NCBI GenBank assembly: GCA_964016885.1
Contig: OZ024741.1
Coordinates: 12,710,001-12,774,000 of the forward strand
Direction: 5' to 3'
Length of the DNA stretch: 64,000 bases
From: Eledone cirrhosa
Taxonomy: Eukaryota
This document shows, piece after piece, positions 21,101 to 37,022 of this stretch; the stretch's first letter is position 1, and each line of letters opens with the position of its first letter. The position numbers and the translations under genes were made by a program. The notes below the pieces were generated by a model. It was not told the origin of the DNA. It ran no database searches and saw only the letters and a program-made list of their open reading frames with translations.

Positions 21101-24100
21101 TTTTTTGGTTACCACCTCAAACTAACATCAAAGGTGCTTGCAAATGACTATTTTCCCACACATTATCAATGAATATGACATGGGATTCTATCGTTTACAA
21201 TTGGTTTCCATTTCATAACTTCACCACACCATACCAAGATACACCATACTACTTTGCACAAAGCTATTGATCTTGGTGTGAAAAATTTTTTTTCCCCGTT
21301 TCGTTTTTTTTTTTTCTGTGCGCTCACCACACATTCTGACGTTAAAGGTGCTCCCAATTTACTTTTATTTTTCACATATCAATAATTATGACATGGAAAC
21401 CTATCGAAAATGACTATCTTTGTAGAAACTTCACCAAACTACACCATACTAGATCACACCAAGTTATTGATTTTGGTGTGACAAATTTTCATCTGGCATT
21501 TTTTCTTTTTTCTTTTTTTTGTGCTTACCACCCAATTTGACATCAAAGGTGCTCGCAAATTACTATTTTATGCACATATTATTAATGGTTATGACATGGA
21601 AACCTGATGAAAATGACTAGCTTTGTAGAAAAAAGAGGGAGGATGTGGGTGGAAATACCATTTACAAAGCTAGCCATTTTTTATTGAAGCGGAAGTCATA
21701 TTTTTTGTTAATATGTTAAAAGCATAGTCCACTGCGAGCATCTTGGAAGTTGATAGCACATGCAAAAATGAAGGAAAATTTTTTTTCTAACATAAATCAA
21801 AGTGGAAATTTAAATGCTCACTTATAACAAAGCACACCACAGCACATTAATCTACCCCAATCCACACCATAAATTCACCATAACCATACTTCACTATATG
21901 GTAAATTTATTACAGAATACGATGGTATGGAGATCAATGTGACAAATTTGCTACCTGCTTTTTATTTTTTTTTTTTTGGTTACCACCTCAAACTAACATC
22001 AAAGGTGCTTGCAAATGACTATTTTCCCACACATTATCAATGAATATGACATGGGAATCTATCGTTTACAATTGGTTTCCATTTCATAACTTCACCACAC
22101 CATACCAAGATACACCATACTACATCGCACAAAGCTATTGATCTTGGTGTGAAAAATTTTTTTCCCCCGTTTCATTTTTTTTTTTTCTGTGCGCTCACCA
22201 CCCAATCTGACATTAAAGGTGCTCCCAATTTACTTTTATTTTTCACATAATTATTATGACATGGAAACCTATCGAAAATGACTATCTTTGTAGAAACTTC
22301 ACCAAATTACACCATACTAGATCACACCAAGTTATTGATTTTGGTGTGACAAATTTTCATCTGGCATTTTTTCTTTTTTCTTTTTTTTTGGGCTTACCAC
22401 CCAATTTGACATCAAAGGTGCTCGCAAATTACTATTTTATGCACATATTATTAATGGTTATGACATGGAAACCTGATGAAAATGACTAGCTTTGTAGAAA
22501 AAAGAGGGAGGATGTGGGTGGAAATACTATTTACAAAGCTAGCCATTTTTTATTGCAGCGGAAGTCATATTTTTTGTTAATATGTTAAAAGCATAGTCCA
22601 CTGCGAGCATCTTGGAAGTTCATAGCATATGCAAAAATGAAGGAAAAATTATTTTTCTAACATAAATCAAAGTGGAAATTTAAATCCTCACTTATAACAA
22701 AGCACACCACAGCACATTAATCTACCCCAATCCACACCATAAATTCACCATAACCATACTTCACTATATGGTAAATTTATTACAGAACACGATGGTATGG
22801 AGATCAATGTGACAAATTTGCTACCTGCTTTTTATTTTTATTTTTTTTGGTTACCACCTCAAACTAACATCAAAGGTGCTTGCAAATGACTATTTTCCCA
22901 CACATTATCAATGAATATGACATGGGAATCTATCGTTTACAATTGGTTTCCATTTCATAACTTCACCAAACCAAACCAAACCACACCAAACCAAGATACA
23001 CCATACTACATCACACCCAGCTATTGATCTTGGTGTGAAATATTTTCTCCCCGTTTCCTTTTTATTGTGTGTGTGTGTGTGTGTGTGCTTACCACCCAAT
23101 CTGCACATTAAAGATGCTCCCAATTGACTATTTTTTTTCCACTTATCAATAATTATGACATGGAAACCTATCGAAAATTACCATCTTTGTAGAAACTTCA
23201 CCAAACCACACCATACTACATCACACCAAGATATTGATTTTGGTGTGACAAATTTTCATCTGGCATTTTTTTAAATTTTTTTAATTTTTATTTTGTGCTT
23301 AATTTGACATAAAAGGGGCTCGCAAATTACTATTTTATGCACATATTATTAATGGTTATGACATGGAAACCTGAAGAAAATGACTAGCTTTGTAGATAAA
23401 AGAGGGAGGATGTGGGTGGAAATACCATTTACAAAGCTAGCCATTTTTTTATTGCAGCGGAAGTCATAATTTTTGTTAATATGTTAAAAGCATAGTCCAC
23501 TGCGAGCATCTTGGAAGTTGATAGCATATGCAAAAATGAAGGAAAAATTATTTTTCTAACATAAATCAAAGTGGAAATTTAAATCCTCACTTATAACAAA
23601 GCGCACCACAGCACATTAATCTACCCCAATCCACACCATAAATTCACCATAACCATACTTCACTATATGGTAAATTTATTACAGAACACGATGGTATGGA
23701 GATCAATGTGACAAATTTGCTACCTGCTTTTTATTTTTTTTTTTTTGGTTACCACCTCAAACTAACATCAAAGGTGCTTGCAAATGACTATTTTCCCACA
23801 CATTATCAATGAATATGACATGGGAATCTATCGTTTACAATTGGTTTCCATTTCATAACTTCACCAAACCAAACCAAACCACACCAAACCAAGATACACC
23901 ATACTACATCACACCCAGCTATTGATCTTGGTGTGAAACATTTTCTCCCCGTTTCCTTTTTATTGTGTGTGTGTGTGTGTGCTTACCACCCAATCTGCAC
24001 ATTAAAGATGCTCCCAATTGACAATTTTTTTTCCACTTATCAATAATTATGACATGGAAACCTATCGAAAATTACTATCTTTGTAGAAACTTCACCAAAC

Positions 24101-27100
24101 CACACCATACTACATCACACCAAGATATTGATTTTGGTGTGACAAATTTTCATCTGGCATTTTTTTCAATTTTTTTAATTTTTATTTTGTGCTTAATTTG
24201 ACATAAAAGGGGCTCGCAAATTACTATTTTATGCACATATTATTAATGGTTATGACATGGAAACCTGAAGAAAATGACTAGCTTTGTAGATAAAAGAGGG
24301 AGGATGTGGGTGGAAATACCATTTACAAAGCTAGCCATTTTTTATTGCAGCGGAAGTCATAATTTTTGTTAATATGTTAAAAGCATAGTCCACTGCGAGC
24401 ATCTTGGAAGTTGATAGCACATGCAAAAATGAAGGAAAAATTTTTTTCTAACATAAATCAAAGTTGAAATTGAAATCCCCACTTATAACAAAGCACACCA
24501 CAGCACATTAATCTACCCCAATCCACACCATATACTTCACTATATGGTAAATTTATTACAGAACACCTACCATTTACATCACACCATGGTATGGAAATCA
24601 ATGTGACAAATTTGCTACCTGCTTTTTTTTTTTTTTTTGTGGTTACCACCTCAAACTAACATCAAAGGTGCTTGCAAATGACTATTTTCCCACACATTAT
24701 CAATGAATATGACATGGGAATCTATCGTTTACAATTGGTTTCCATTTCATAACTTCACCACACCATACCAAGATACACCATACTACATCGCACAAAGCTA
24801 TTGATCTTGGTGTGAAAAATTTTTTTCCCCCGTTTCATTTTTTTTTTTTCTGTGCGCTCACCACCCAATCTGACATTAAAGGTGCTCCCAATTTACTTTT
24901 ATTTTTCACATAATAATTATGACATGGAAACCTATCGAAAATGACTATCTTTGTAGAAACTTCACCAAATTACACCATACTAGATCACACCAAGTTATTG
25001 ATTTTGGTGTGACAAATTTTCATCTGGCATTTTTTCTTTTTTCTTTTTTTTTGGGCTTACCACCCAATTTGACATCAAAGGTGCTCGCAAATTACTATTT
25101 TATGCACATATTATTAATGGTTATGACATGGAAACCTGATGAAAATGACTAGCTTTGTAGAAAAAAGAGGGAGGATGTGGGTGGAAATACCATTTACAAA
25201 GCTAGCCATTTTTTATTGCAGCGGAAGTCATATTTTTTGTTAATATGTTAAAAGCATAGTCCACTGCGAGCATCTTGGAAGTTCATAGCATATGCAAAAA
25301 TGAAGGAAAAATTATTTTTCTAACATAAATCAAAGTGGAAATTTAAATCCTCACTTATAACAAAGCACACCACAGCACATTAATCTACCCCAATCCACAC
25401 CATAAATTCACCATAACCATACTTCACTATATGGTAAATTTATTACAGAACACGATGGTATGGAGATCAATGTGACAAATTTGCTACCTGCTTTTTATTT
25501 TTTTTTTTTTTGGTTACCACCTCAAACTAACATCAAAGGTGCTTGCAAATGACTATTTTCCCACACATTATCAATGAATATGACATGGGAATCTATCGTT
25601 TACAATTGGTTTCCATTTCATAACTTCACCAAACCAAACCAAACCACACCAAACCAAGATACACCATACTACATCACACCCAGCTATTGATCTTGGTGTG
25701 AAACATTTTCTCCCCGTTTCCTTTTTATTGTGTGTGTGTGTGTGTGTGTGTGTGCTTACCACCCAATCTGCACATTAAAGATGCTCCCAATTGACTATTT
25801 TTTTTCCACTTATCAATAATTATGACATGGAAACCTATCGAAAATTACCATCTTTGTAGAAACTTCACCAAACCACACCATACTACATCACACCAAGATA
25901 TTGATTTTGGTGTGACAAATTTTCATCTGGCATTTTTTTAAATTTTTTTAATTTTTATTTTGTGCTTAATTTGACATAAAAGGGGCTCGCAAATTACTAT
26001 TTTATGCACATATTATTAATGGTTATGACATGGAAACCTGAAGAAAATGACTAGCTTTGTAGATAAAAGAGGGAGGATGTGGGTGGAAATACCATTTACA
26101 AAGCTAGCCATTTTTTTATTGCAGCGGAAGTCATAATTTTTGTTAATATGTTAAAAGCATAGTCCACTGCGAGCATCTTGGAAGTTGATAGCATATGCAA
26201 AAATGAAGGAAAAATTATTTTTCTAACATAAATCAAAGTGGAAATTTAAATCCTCACTTATAACAAAGCACACCACAGCACATTAATCTACCCCAATCCA
26301 CACCATAAATTCACCATAACCATACTTCACTATATGGTAAATTTATTACAGAACACGATGGTATGGAGATCAATGTGACAAATTTGCTACCTGCTTTTTA
26401 TTTTTTTTTTTTTGGTTACCACCTCAAACTAACATCAAAGGTGCTTGCAAATGACTATTTTCCCACACATTATCAATGAATATGACATGGGAATCTATCG
26501 TTTACAATTGGTTTCCATTTCATAACTTCACCAAACCAAACCAAACCACACCAAACCAAGATACACCATACTACATCACACCCAGCTATTGATCTTGGTG
26601 TGAAACATTTTCTCCCCGTTTCCTTTTTATTTTGTGTGTGTGTGTGTGTGTGTGCTTACCACCCAATCTGCACATTAAAGATGCTCCCAATTGACAATTT
26701 TTTTTCCACTTATCAATAATTATGACATGGAAACCTATCGAAAATGACTATCTTTGTAGAAACTTCACCAAATTACACCATACTAGATCACACCAAGTTA
26801 TTGATTTTGGTGTGACAAATTTTCATCTGGCATTTTTTCTTTTTTCTTTTTTTTTGGGCTTACCACCCTATTTGACATCAAAGGTGCTCGCAAATTACTA
26901 TTTTATGCACATATTATTAATGGTCATGACATGGATACCTGATGAAAATGACTAGCTTTGTAGAAAAAAGAGGGAGGATGTGGGTGGAAATACTATTTAC
27001 AAAGCTAGCCATTTTTTATTGCAGCGGAAGTCATATTTTTTGTTAATATGTTAAAAGCATAGTCCACTGCGAGTATCTTGGAAGTTGATAGCACATGCAA

Positions 27101-29266
27101 AAATGAAGGAAAAATTTTTTTCTAACATAAATCAAAGTTGAAATTGAAATCCCCACTTATAACAAAGCACACCACAGCACATTAATCTACCCCAATCCAC
27201 ACCATAAATTCACCATAACCATACTTCACTATATGGTAAATTTATTACAGAACACGATGGTATGGAGATCAATGTGACAAATTTGCTACCTGCTTTTTAT
27301 TTTTTTTTTTTTGGTTACCCCCTCAAACTAACATCAAAGGTGCTTGCAAATGACTATTTTCCCACACATTATCAATGAATATGACATGGGATTCTAGCGT
27401 TTACAATTGGTTTCCATTTCATAACTTCACCACACCATACCAAGATACACCATACTACATTGCACAAAGCTATTGATCTTGGTGTGAAAAATTTTTTTTC
27501 CCCCGTTTCGTTTTTTTTTTTTCTGTGCGCTCACCACCCAATCTGACGTTAAAGGTGCTCCCAATTTACTTTTATTTTTCACATATCATAATTATGACAT
27601 GGAAACCTATCGAAAATGACTATCTTTGTAGAAACTTCACCAAACTACACCATACTAGATCACACCAAGTTATTGATTTTGGTGTGACAAATTTTCATCT
27701 GGCATTTTTTCTTTTTTCTTTTTTTTGTGCTTACCACCCAATTTGACATCAAAGGTGCTCGCAAATTACTATTTTATGCACATATTATTAATGGTTATGA
27801 CATGGAAACCTGATGAAAACGACTAGCTTTGTAGAAAAAAGAGGGAGGATGTGGGTGGAAATACCATTTACAAAGCTAGCCATTTTTTATTGAAGCGGAA
27901 GTCATATTTTTTGTTAATATGTTAAAAGCATAGTCCACTGCGAGCATCTTGAAAGTTGATAGCACATGCAAAAATGAAGGAAAAATTTTTTTTCTAACAT
28001 AAATCAAAGTGGAAATTTAAATGCTCACTTATAACAAAGCACACCACAGCACATTAATCTACCCCAATCCACACCATATACTTCACTATATGGTAAATTT
28101 ATTACAGAAGACCTACCATTTACATCACACCATGGTATGGAAATCAATGTGACAAATTTGCTACCTGCTTTTTTTTTTTTTTTTGTGGTTACCACCTCAA
28201 ACTAACATCAAAGGTGCTTGCAAATGACTATTTTCCCACACATTATCAATGAATATGACATGTGAATCTATCGTTTACAATTGGTTTCCATTTCATAACT
28301 TCACCATACCAAGATACACCATACTACACCGCACAAAGCTATTGATCTTGGTGTGAAAAATTTTTTTCCCCGTTTCATTTTTTTTTCTTTCTGTGCGCTC
28401 ACCACCCAATCTGACATTAAAGGTGCTCCCAATTTACTTTTATTTTTCACATAATAATTATGACATGGAAACCTATTGAAAATGACTATCTTTGTAGAAA
28501 CTTCACCAAATTACACCATACTAGATCACACCAAGTTATTGATTTTGGTGTGACAAATTTTCATCTGGCATTTTTTCTTTTTTCTTTTTTTTTGGGCTTA
28601 CCACCCAATTTGACATCAAAGGTGCTCGCAAATTACTATTTTATGCACATATTATTAATGGTTATGACATGGAAACCTGATGAAAATGACTAGCTTTGTA
28701 GAAAAAAGAGGGAGCATGTGGGTGGAAATACCATTTACAAAGCTAGCCATTTTTTATTGCAGCGGAAGTCATATTTTTTGTTAATATGTTAAAAGCATAG
28801 TCCACTACGAGCATCTTGGAAGTTGATAGCATATGCAAAAATGAAGGAAAAATTATTTTTCTAACATAAATCAAAGTGGAAATTTAAATCCTCACTTATA
28901 ACAAAGCACACCACAGCACATTAATCTACCCCAATCCACACCATAAATTCACCATAACCGTACTTCACTATATGGTAAATTTATTACAGAACACGATGGT
29001 ATGGAGATCAATGTGACAAATTTGCTACCTGCTTTTTATTTTTTTTTTTTTGGTTACCACCTCAAACTAACATCAAAGGTGCTTGCAAATGACTATTTTC
29101 CCACACATTATCAATGAATATGACATGGGAATCTATCGTTTACAATTGGTTTCCATTTCATAACTTCACCAAACCAAACCAAACCACACCAAACCAAGAT
29201 ACACCATACTACATCACACCCAGCTATTGATCTTGGTGTGAAACATTTTCTCCCCGTTTCCTTTTT

Positions 29267-29312
<46 letters not shown>

Positions 29313-30185
29313 TACCACCCAATCTGCACATTAAAGATGCTCCCAATTGACAATTTTTTTTCCACTTATCAATAATTATGACATGGAAACCTATCGAAAA
29401 TTACCATCTTTGTAGAAACTTCACCAAACCACACCATACTACATCACACCAAGATATTGATTTTGGTGTGACAAATTTTCATCTGGCATTTTTTTAAATT
29501 TTTTTTAATTTTTATTTTGTGCTTAATTTGACATAAAAGGGGCTCGCAAATTACTATTTTATGCACATATTATTAATGGTTATGACATGGAAACCTGAAG
29601 AAAATGACTAGCTTTGTAGATAAAAGTGGGAGGATGTGGGTGGAAATACCATTTACAAAGCTAGCCATTTTTTTATTGCAGCGGAAGTCATAATTTTTGT
29701 TAATATGTTAAAAGCATAGTCCACTGCGAGCATCTTGGAAGTTGATAGCATATGCAAAAATGAAGGAAAAATTATTTTTCTAGCATAAATCAAAGTGGAA
29801 ATTTAAATCCTCACTTATAACAAAGCACACCACAGCACATTAATCTACCCCAATCCACACCATAAATTCACCATAACCATACTTCACTATATGGTAAATT
29901 TATTACAGAACACGATGGTATGGAGATCAATGTGACAAATTTGCTACCTGCTTTTTATTTTTTTTTTTTTGGTTACCACCTCAAACTAACATCAAAGGTG
30001 CTTGCAAATGACTATTTTCCCACACATTATCAATGAATATGACATGGGAATCTATCGTTTACAATTGGTTTCCATTTCATAACTTCACCAAACCAAACCA
30101 AACCACACCAAACCAAGATACACCATACTACATCACACCCAGCTATTGATCTTGGTGTGAAACATTTTCTCCCCGTTTCCTTTTT

Positions 30186-30225
<40 letters not shown>

Positions 30226-31967
30226 TACCACCCAATCTGCACATTAAAGATGCTCCCAATTGACAATTTTTTTTCCACTTATCAATAATTATGACATGGA
30301 AACCTATCGAAAATTACTATCTTTGTAGAAACTTCACCAAACCACACCATACTACATCACACCAAGATATTGATTTTGGTGTGACAAATTTTCATCTGGC
30401 ATTTTTTTCAATTTTTTTAATTTTTATTTTGTGCTTAATTTGACATAAAAGGGGCTCGCAAATTACTATTTTATGCACATATTATTAATGGTTATGACAT
30501 GGAAACCTGAAGAAAATGACTAGCTTTGTAGATAAAAGAGGGAGGATGTGGGTGGAAATACCATTTACAAAGCTAGCCATTTTTTATTGCATCGGAAGTC
30601 ATAATTTTTGTTAATATGTTAAAAGCATAGTCCACTGCGAGTATCTTGGAAGTTGATAGCACATGCAAAAATGAAGGAAAAATTTTTTTCTAACATAAAT
30701 CAAAGTTGAAATTGAAATCCCCACTTATAACAAAGCACACCACAGCACATTAATCTACCCCAATCCACACCATATACTTCACTATATGGTAAATTTATTA
30801 CAGAACACCTACCATTTACATCACACCATGGTATGGAAATCAATGTGACAAATTTGCTACCTGCTTTTTTTTTTTTTTTTGTGGTTACCACCTCAAACTA
30901 ACATCAAAGGTGCTTGCAAATGACTATTTTCCCACACATTATCAATGAATATGACATGGGAATCTATCGTTTACAATTGGTTTCCATTTCATAACTTCAC
31001 CACACCATACCAAGATACACCATACTACATCGCACAAAGCTATTGATCTTGGTGTGAAAAATTTTTTTCCCCCGTTTCATTTTTTTTCTTTCTGTGCGCT
31101 CACCACCCAATCTGACATTAAAGGTGCTCCCAATTTACTTTTATTTTTCACATAATAATTATGACATGGAAACCTATCGAAAATGACTATCTTTGTAGAA
31201 ACTTCACCAAATTACACCATACTAGATCACACCAAGTTATTGATTTTGGTGTGACAAATTTTCATCTGGCATTTTTTCTTTTTTCTTTTTTTTTGGGCTT
31301 ACCACCCAATTTGACATCAAAGGTGCTCGCAAATTACTATTTTATGCACATATTATTAATGGTTATGACATGGAAACCTGATGAAAATGACTAGCTTTGT
31401 AGAAAAAAGAGGGAGGATGTGGGTGGAAATGCCATTTACAAAGCTAGCCATTTTTTATTGCAGCGGAAGTCATATTTTTTGTTAATATGTTAAAAGCATA
31501 GTCCACTGCGAGCATCTTGGAAGTTCATAGCATATGCAAAAATGAAGGAAAAATTATTTTTCTAACATAAATCAAAGTGGAAATTTAAATCCTCACTTAT
31601 AACAAAGCACACCACAGCACATTAATCTACCCCAATCCACACCATAAATTCACCATAACCATACTTCACTATATGGTAAATTTATTACAGAACACGATGG
31701 TATGGAGATGAATGTGACAAATTTGCTACCTGCTTTTTATTTTTTTTTTTTTGATTACCACCTCAAACTAACATCAAAGGTGCTTGCAAATGACTATTTT
31801 CCCACACATTATCAATGAATATGACATGGGAATCTATCGTTTACAATTGGTTTCCATTTCATAACTTCACCAAACCAAACCAAACCACACCAAACCAAGA
31901 TACACCATACTACATCACACCCAGCTATTGATCTTGGTGTGAAACATTTTCTCCCCGTTTCCTTTTT

Positions 31968-32003
<36 letters not shown>

Positions 32004-35000
32004 TACCACCCAATCTGCACATTAAAGATGCTCCCAATTGACAATTTTTTTTCCACTTATCAATAATTATGACATGGAAACCTATCGAAAATTACTATCT
32101 TTGTAGAAACTTCACCAAACCACACCATACTACATCACACCAAGATATTGATTTTGGTGTGACAAATTTTCATCTGGCATTTTTTTTAATTTTTTTAATT
32201 TCTATTTTGTGCTTAATTTGACATAAAAGGGGCTCGCAAATTACTATTTTATGCACATATTATTAATGGTTATGACATGGAAACCTGAAGAAAATGACTA
32301 GCTTTGTAGATAAAAGAGGGAGGATGTGGGCGGAAATACCATTTACAAAGCTAGCCATTTTTTATTGCAGCGGAAGTCATAATATTTGTTAATATGTTAA
32401 AAGCATAGTCCACTGCGAGCATCTTGGAAGTTGATAGCACATGCAAAAATGAAGGAAAAATTTTTTTCTAACATAAATCAAAGTTGAAATTGAAATCCTC
32501 ACTTATAACAAAGCACACCACAGCACATTAATCTACCCCAATCCACACCATATACTTCACTATATGGTAAATTTATTACAGAACACCTACTACCATTTAC
32601 ATCACACCATGGTATGGAAATCAATGTGACAAATTTGCTACCTGCTTTTCTTTTTTTTTTTGTGGTTACCACCTCAAACTAACATCAAAGGTGCTTGCAA
32701 ATGACTATTTTCCCACACATTATCAATGAATATGACATGGGAATCTATCGTAGCATAGTCCACTGCGAGCATCTTGGAAGTTCATAGCATATGCAAAAAT
32801 GAAGGAAAAATTATTTTTCTAACATAAATCAAAGTGGAAATTTAAATCCTCACTTATAACAAAGCACACCACAGCACATTAATCTACCCCAATCCACACC
32901 ATAAATTCACCATAACCATACTTCACTATATGGTAAATTTATTACAGAACACGATGGTATGGAGATCAATGTGACAAATTTGCTACCTGCTTTTTATTTT
33001 TTTTTTTTTTGGTTACCACCTCAAACTAACATCAAAGGTGCTTGCAAATGACTATTTTCCCACACATTATCAATGAATATGACATGGGAATCTATCGTTT
33101 ACAATTGGTTTCCATTTCATAACTTCACCAAACCAAACCAAACCACACCAAACCAAGATACACCATACTACATCACACCCAGCTATTGATCTTGGTGTGA
33201 AACATTTTCTCCCCGTTTCCTTTTTATTGTGTGTGTGTGTGTGTGTGTGCTTACCACCCAATCTGCACATTAAAGATGCTCCCAATTGACTATTTTTTTT
33301 CCACTTATCAATAATTATGACATGGAAACCTATCGAAAATTACCATCTTTGTAGAAACTTCACCAAACCACACCATACTACATCACACCAAGATATTGAT
33401 TTTGGTGTGACAAATTTTCATCTGGCATTTTTTAAAATTTTTTTAATTTTTATTTTGTGCTTAATTTGACATAAAAGGGGCTCGCAAATTACTATTTTAT
33501 GCACATATTATTAATGGTTATGACATGGAAACCTGAAGAAAATGACTAGCTTTGTAGATAAAAGAGGGAGGATGTGGGTGGAAATACCATTTACAAAGCT
33601 AGCCATTTTTTTATTGCAGCGGAAGTCATAATTTTTGTTAATATGTTAAAAGCATAGTCCACTGCAAGCATCTTGGAAGTTGATAGCATATGCAAAAATG
33701 AAGGAAAAATTATTTTTCTAACATAAATCAAAGTGGAAATTTAAATCCTCACTTATAACAAAGCACACCACAGCACATTAATCTACCCCAATCCACACCA
33801 TAAATTCACCATAACCATACTTCACTATATGGTAAATTTATTACAGAATACGATGGTATGGAGATCAATGTGACAAATTTGCTACCTGCTTTTTATTTTT
33901 TTTTTTTTGGTTACCACCTCAAACTAACATCAAAGGTGCTTGCAAATGACTATTTTCCCACACATTATCAATGAATATGACATGGGAATCTATCGTTTAC
34001 AATTGGTTTCCATTTCATAACTTCACCAAACCAAACCAAACCACACCAAACCAAGATACACCATACTACATCACACCCAGCTATTGATCTTGGTGTGAAA
34101 CATTTTCTCCCCGTTTCCTTTTTATTGTGTGTGTGTGTGTGTGTGTGTGCTTACCACCCAATCTGCACATTAAAGATGCTCCCAATTGACAATTTTTTTT
34201 CCACTTATCAATAATTATGACATGGAAACCTATCGAAAATTACTATCTTTGTAGAAACTTCACCAAACCACACCATACTACATCACACCAAGATTTTGAT
34301 TTTGGTGTGACAAATTTTCATCTGGCATTTTTTTAAATTTTTTTAATTTTTATTTTGTGCTTAATTTGACATAAAAGGGGCTCGCAAATTACTATTTTAT
34401 GCACATATTATTAATGGTTATGACATGGAAACCTGAAGAAAATGACTAGCTTTGTAGATAAAAGAGGGAGGATGTGGGTGGAAATACCATTTACAAAGCT
34501 AGCCATTTTTTATTGCAGCGGAAGTCATAATTTTTGTTAATATGTTAAAAGCATAGTCCACTGCGAGCATCTTGGAAGTTGATAGCACATGCAAAAATGA
34601 AGGAAAAATTTTTTTCTAACATAAATCAAAGTTGAAATTGAAATCCCCACTTATAACAAAGCACACCACAGCACATTAATCTACCCCAATCCACACCATA
34701 TACTTCACTATATGGTAAATTTATTACAGAACACCTACCATTTACATCACACCATGGTATGGAAATCAATGTGACAAATTTGCTACCTGCTTTTTTTTTT
34801 TTATTTGTGGTTACCACCTCAAACTAACATCAAAGGTGCTTGCAAATGACTATTTTCCCACACATTATCAATGAATATGACATGGGAATCTATCGTTTAC
34901 AATTGGTTTCCATTTCATAACTTCACCACACCATACCAAGATACACCATACTACATCGCACAAAGCTATTGATCTTGGTGTGAAAAATTTTTTTCCCCCG

Positions 35001-37022
35001 TTTCATTTTTTTTTTTTCTGTGCGCTCACCACCCAATCTGATATTAAAGGTGCTCCCAATTTACTTTTATTTTTCACATAATAATTATGACATGGAAACC
35101 TATCGAAAATGACTATCTTTGTAGAAACTTCACCAAATTACACCATACTAGATCACACCAAGTTATTGATTTTGGTGTGACAAATTTTCATCTGGCATTT
35201 TTTCTTTTTTCTTTTTTTTTGGGCTTACCACCCAATTTGACATCAAAGGTGCTCGCAAATTACTATTTTATGCACATATTATTAATGGTTATGACATGGA
35301 AACCTGATGAAAATGACTAGCTTTGTAGAAAAAAGAGGGAGGATGTGGGTGGAAATACCATTTACAAAGCTAGCCATTTTTTATTGCAGCGGAAGTCATA
35401 TTTTTTGTTAATATGTTAAAAGCATAGTCCACTGCGAGCATCTTGGAAGTTCATAGCATATGCAAAAATGAAGGAAAAATTATTTTTCTAACATAAATCA
35501 AACTGGAAATTTAAATCCTCACTTATAACAAAGCACACCACAGCACATTAATCTACCCCAATCCACACCATAAATTCACCATAACCATACTTCACTATAT
35601 GGTAAATTTATTACAGAACACGATGGTATGGAGATCAATGTGACAAATTTGCTACCTGCTTTTTTTTTTTTTTTTTTTCTGGTTACCACCTCAAACTAAC
35701 ATCAAAGGTGCTTGCAAATGACTATTTTCCCACACATTATCAATGAATATGACATGGGAATCTATCGTTTACAATTGGTTTCCATTTCATAACTTCACCA
35801 AACGAAACCAAACCACACCAAACCAAGATACACCATACTACATCACACCCAGCTATTGATCTTGGTGTGAAACATTTTCTCCCCGTTTCCTTTTTTTTGT
35901 GTGTGTGTGTGTGCTTACCACCCAATCTGCACATTAAAGGTGCTCCCAATTGACTATTTTTTTTTCCACTTATCAATAATTATGACATGGAAACCTATCG
36001 AAAATGACTATCTTTGTAGAAACTTCACCAAACCACACCATACTACATCACACCAAGATATTGATTTTGGTGTGACAAATTTTCATCTGGCATTTTTTTT
36101 ATTTTTTTTTATTTTTATTTTGTGCTTAATTTGACATAAAAGGGGCTCGCAAATTACTATTTTATGCACATATTATTAATGGTTATGACATGGAAACCTG
36201 AAGAAAATGACTAGCTTTGTAGATAAAAGAGGGAGGATGTGGGTGGAAATACCATTTACAAAGCTATCCATTTTTTATTGCAGCGGAAGTCATATTTTTT
36301 GTTAATATGCTAAAAGCATAGTCCACTGCGAGCATCTTGGAAGTTGATAGCACATGCAAAAATGAAGGAAAAATTATTTTTATAACATAAATCAAAGTGG
36401 AAATTTAAATCCTCAATTATAACAAAGCACACCATAGCACATTAATCTACCCCAATCCACCCCATAAATTCACCATAACCATACTTCACTATATGGTAAA
36501 TTTATTACAGAACACGATGGTATGGAGATCAATGTGACAAATTTGCTACCTGCTTTTTATTTTTTTTTTTTGGTTACCACACAAACTAACATCAAAGGTG
36601 CTTGCAAATGACTATTTTCCCACACATCAATGAATATGACATGGGAATCTATCGTTTACAATTGGTTTCCATTTCATAACCTCACCAAACCAAACCAAAC
36701 CACACCAAACCAAGATACACCATACTACATCACACCCAGCTATTGATCTTGGTGTGACACATTTTCATCTGGCATTTTTTCTTTTTTCTTTTTTTTGGGC
36801 TTACCACCCGATTTGACATCAAAGGTGCTCGCAAATTACTATTTTATGCACATATTATTAATGGTTATGACATGGAAACCTGATGAAAATGACTAGCTTT
36901 GTAGAAAAAAGAGGGAGGATGTGGGTGGAAATACCATTTACAAAGCTAGCCATTTTTTATTGCAGCGGAAGTCATATTTTTTGTTAATATGATAAAAGCA
37001 TAGTCCACTACGAGCATCTTGG
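15150..37022. repeat. Complex satellite, ~870-920 bp monomer, about 24 homogenised copies (~16450-37022) plus diverged left-edge copies
   Basis: Anchor aaagcatagtccactgcgag recurs at ~16458, 17338, 18213, 19092, 19971 ... 36312, 36996. Each monomer holds three related ~200-bp subrepeats. Confidence 0.96.
15542..15872 (+). mobile_element. tRNA-derived SINE with CORE-like middle domain and (TGA)n LINE-type tail
   Basis: A box tggcttagtgg; B-box-like gagttcaattctc; core-like ctttgagcaagacacttta. The tail is shared with 7215-7411. Target-site duplication ATGGTAA at 15535-15541 and 15873-15879. Confidence 0.88.

Noticed and set aside
16926-36134. Repeated 60-90 aa ORFs in the satellite as a tandem gene family
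   Set aside because: They cross variable poly-T/(GT)n tracts, change frame between copies and show no recognisable domain.
17215-36910. CTGATGA...GAAA (ggaaacctgatgaaaatgactagctttgtagaaa) in satellite monomers as tandem hammerheads/retrozyme
   Set aside because: No closing stem II, no stem III/NUH and no stem I partner. Sister subrepeats read cctatcgaaaat and many copies have gataaa, so it is probably a chance match.
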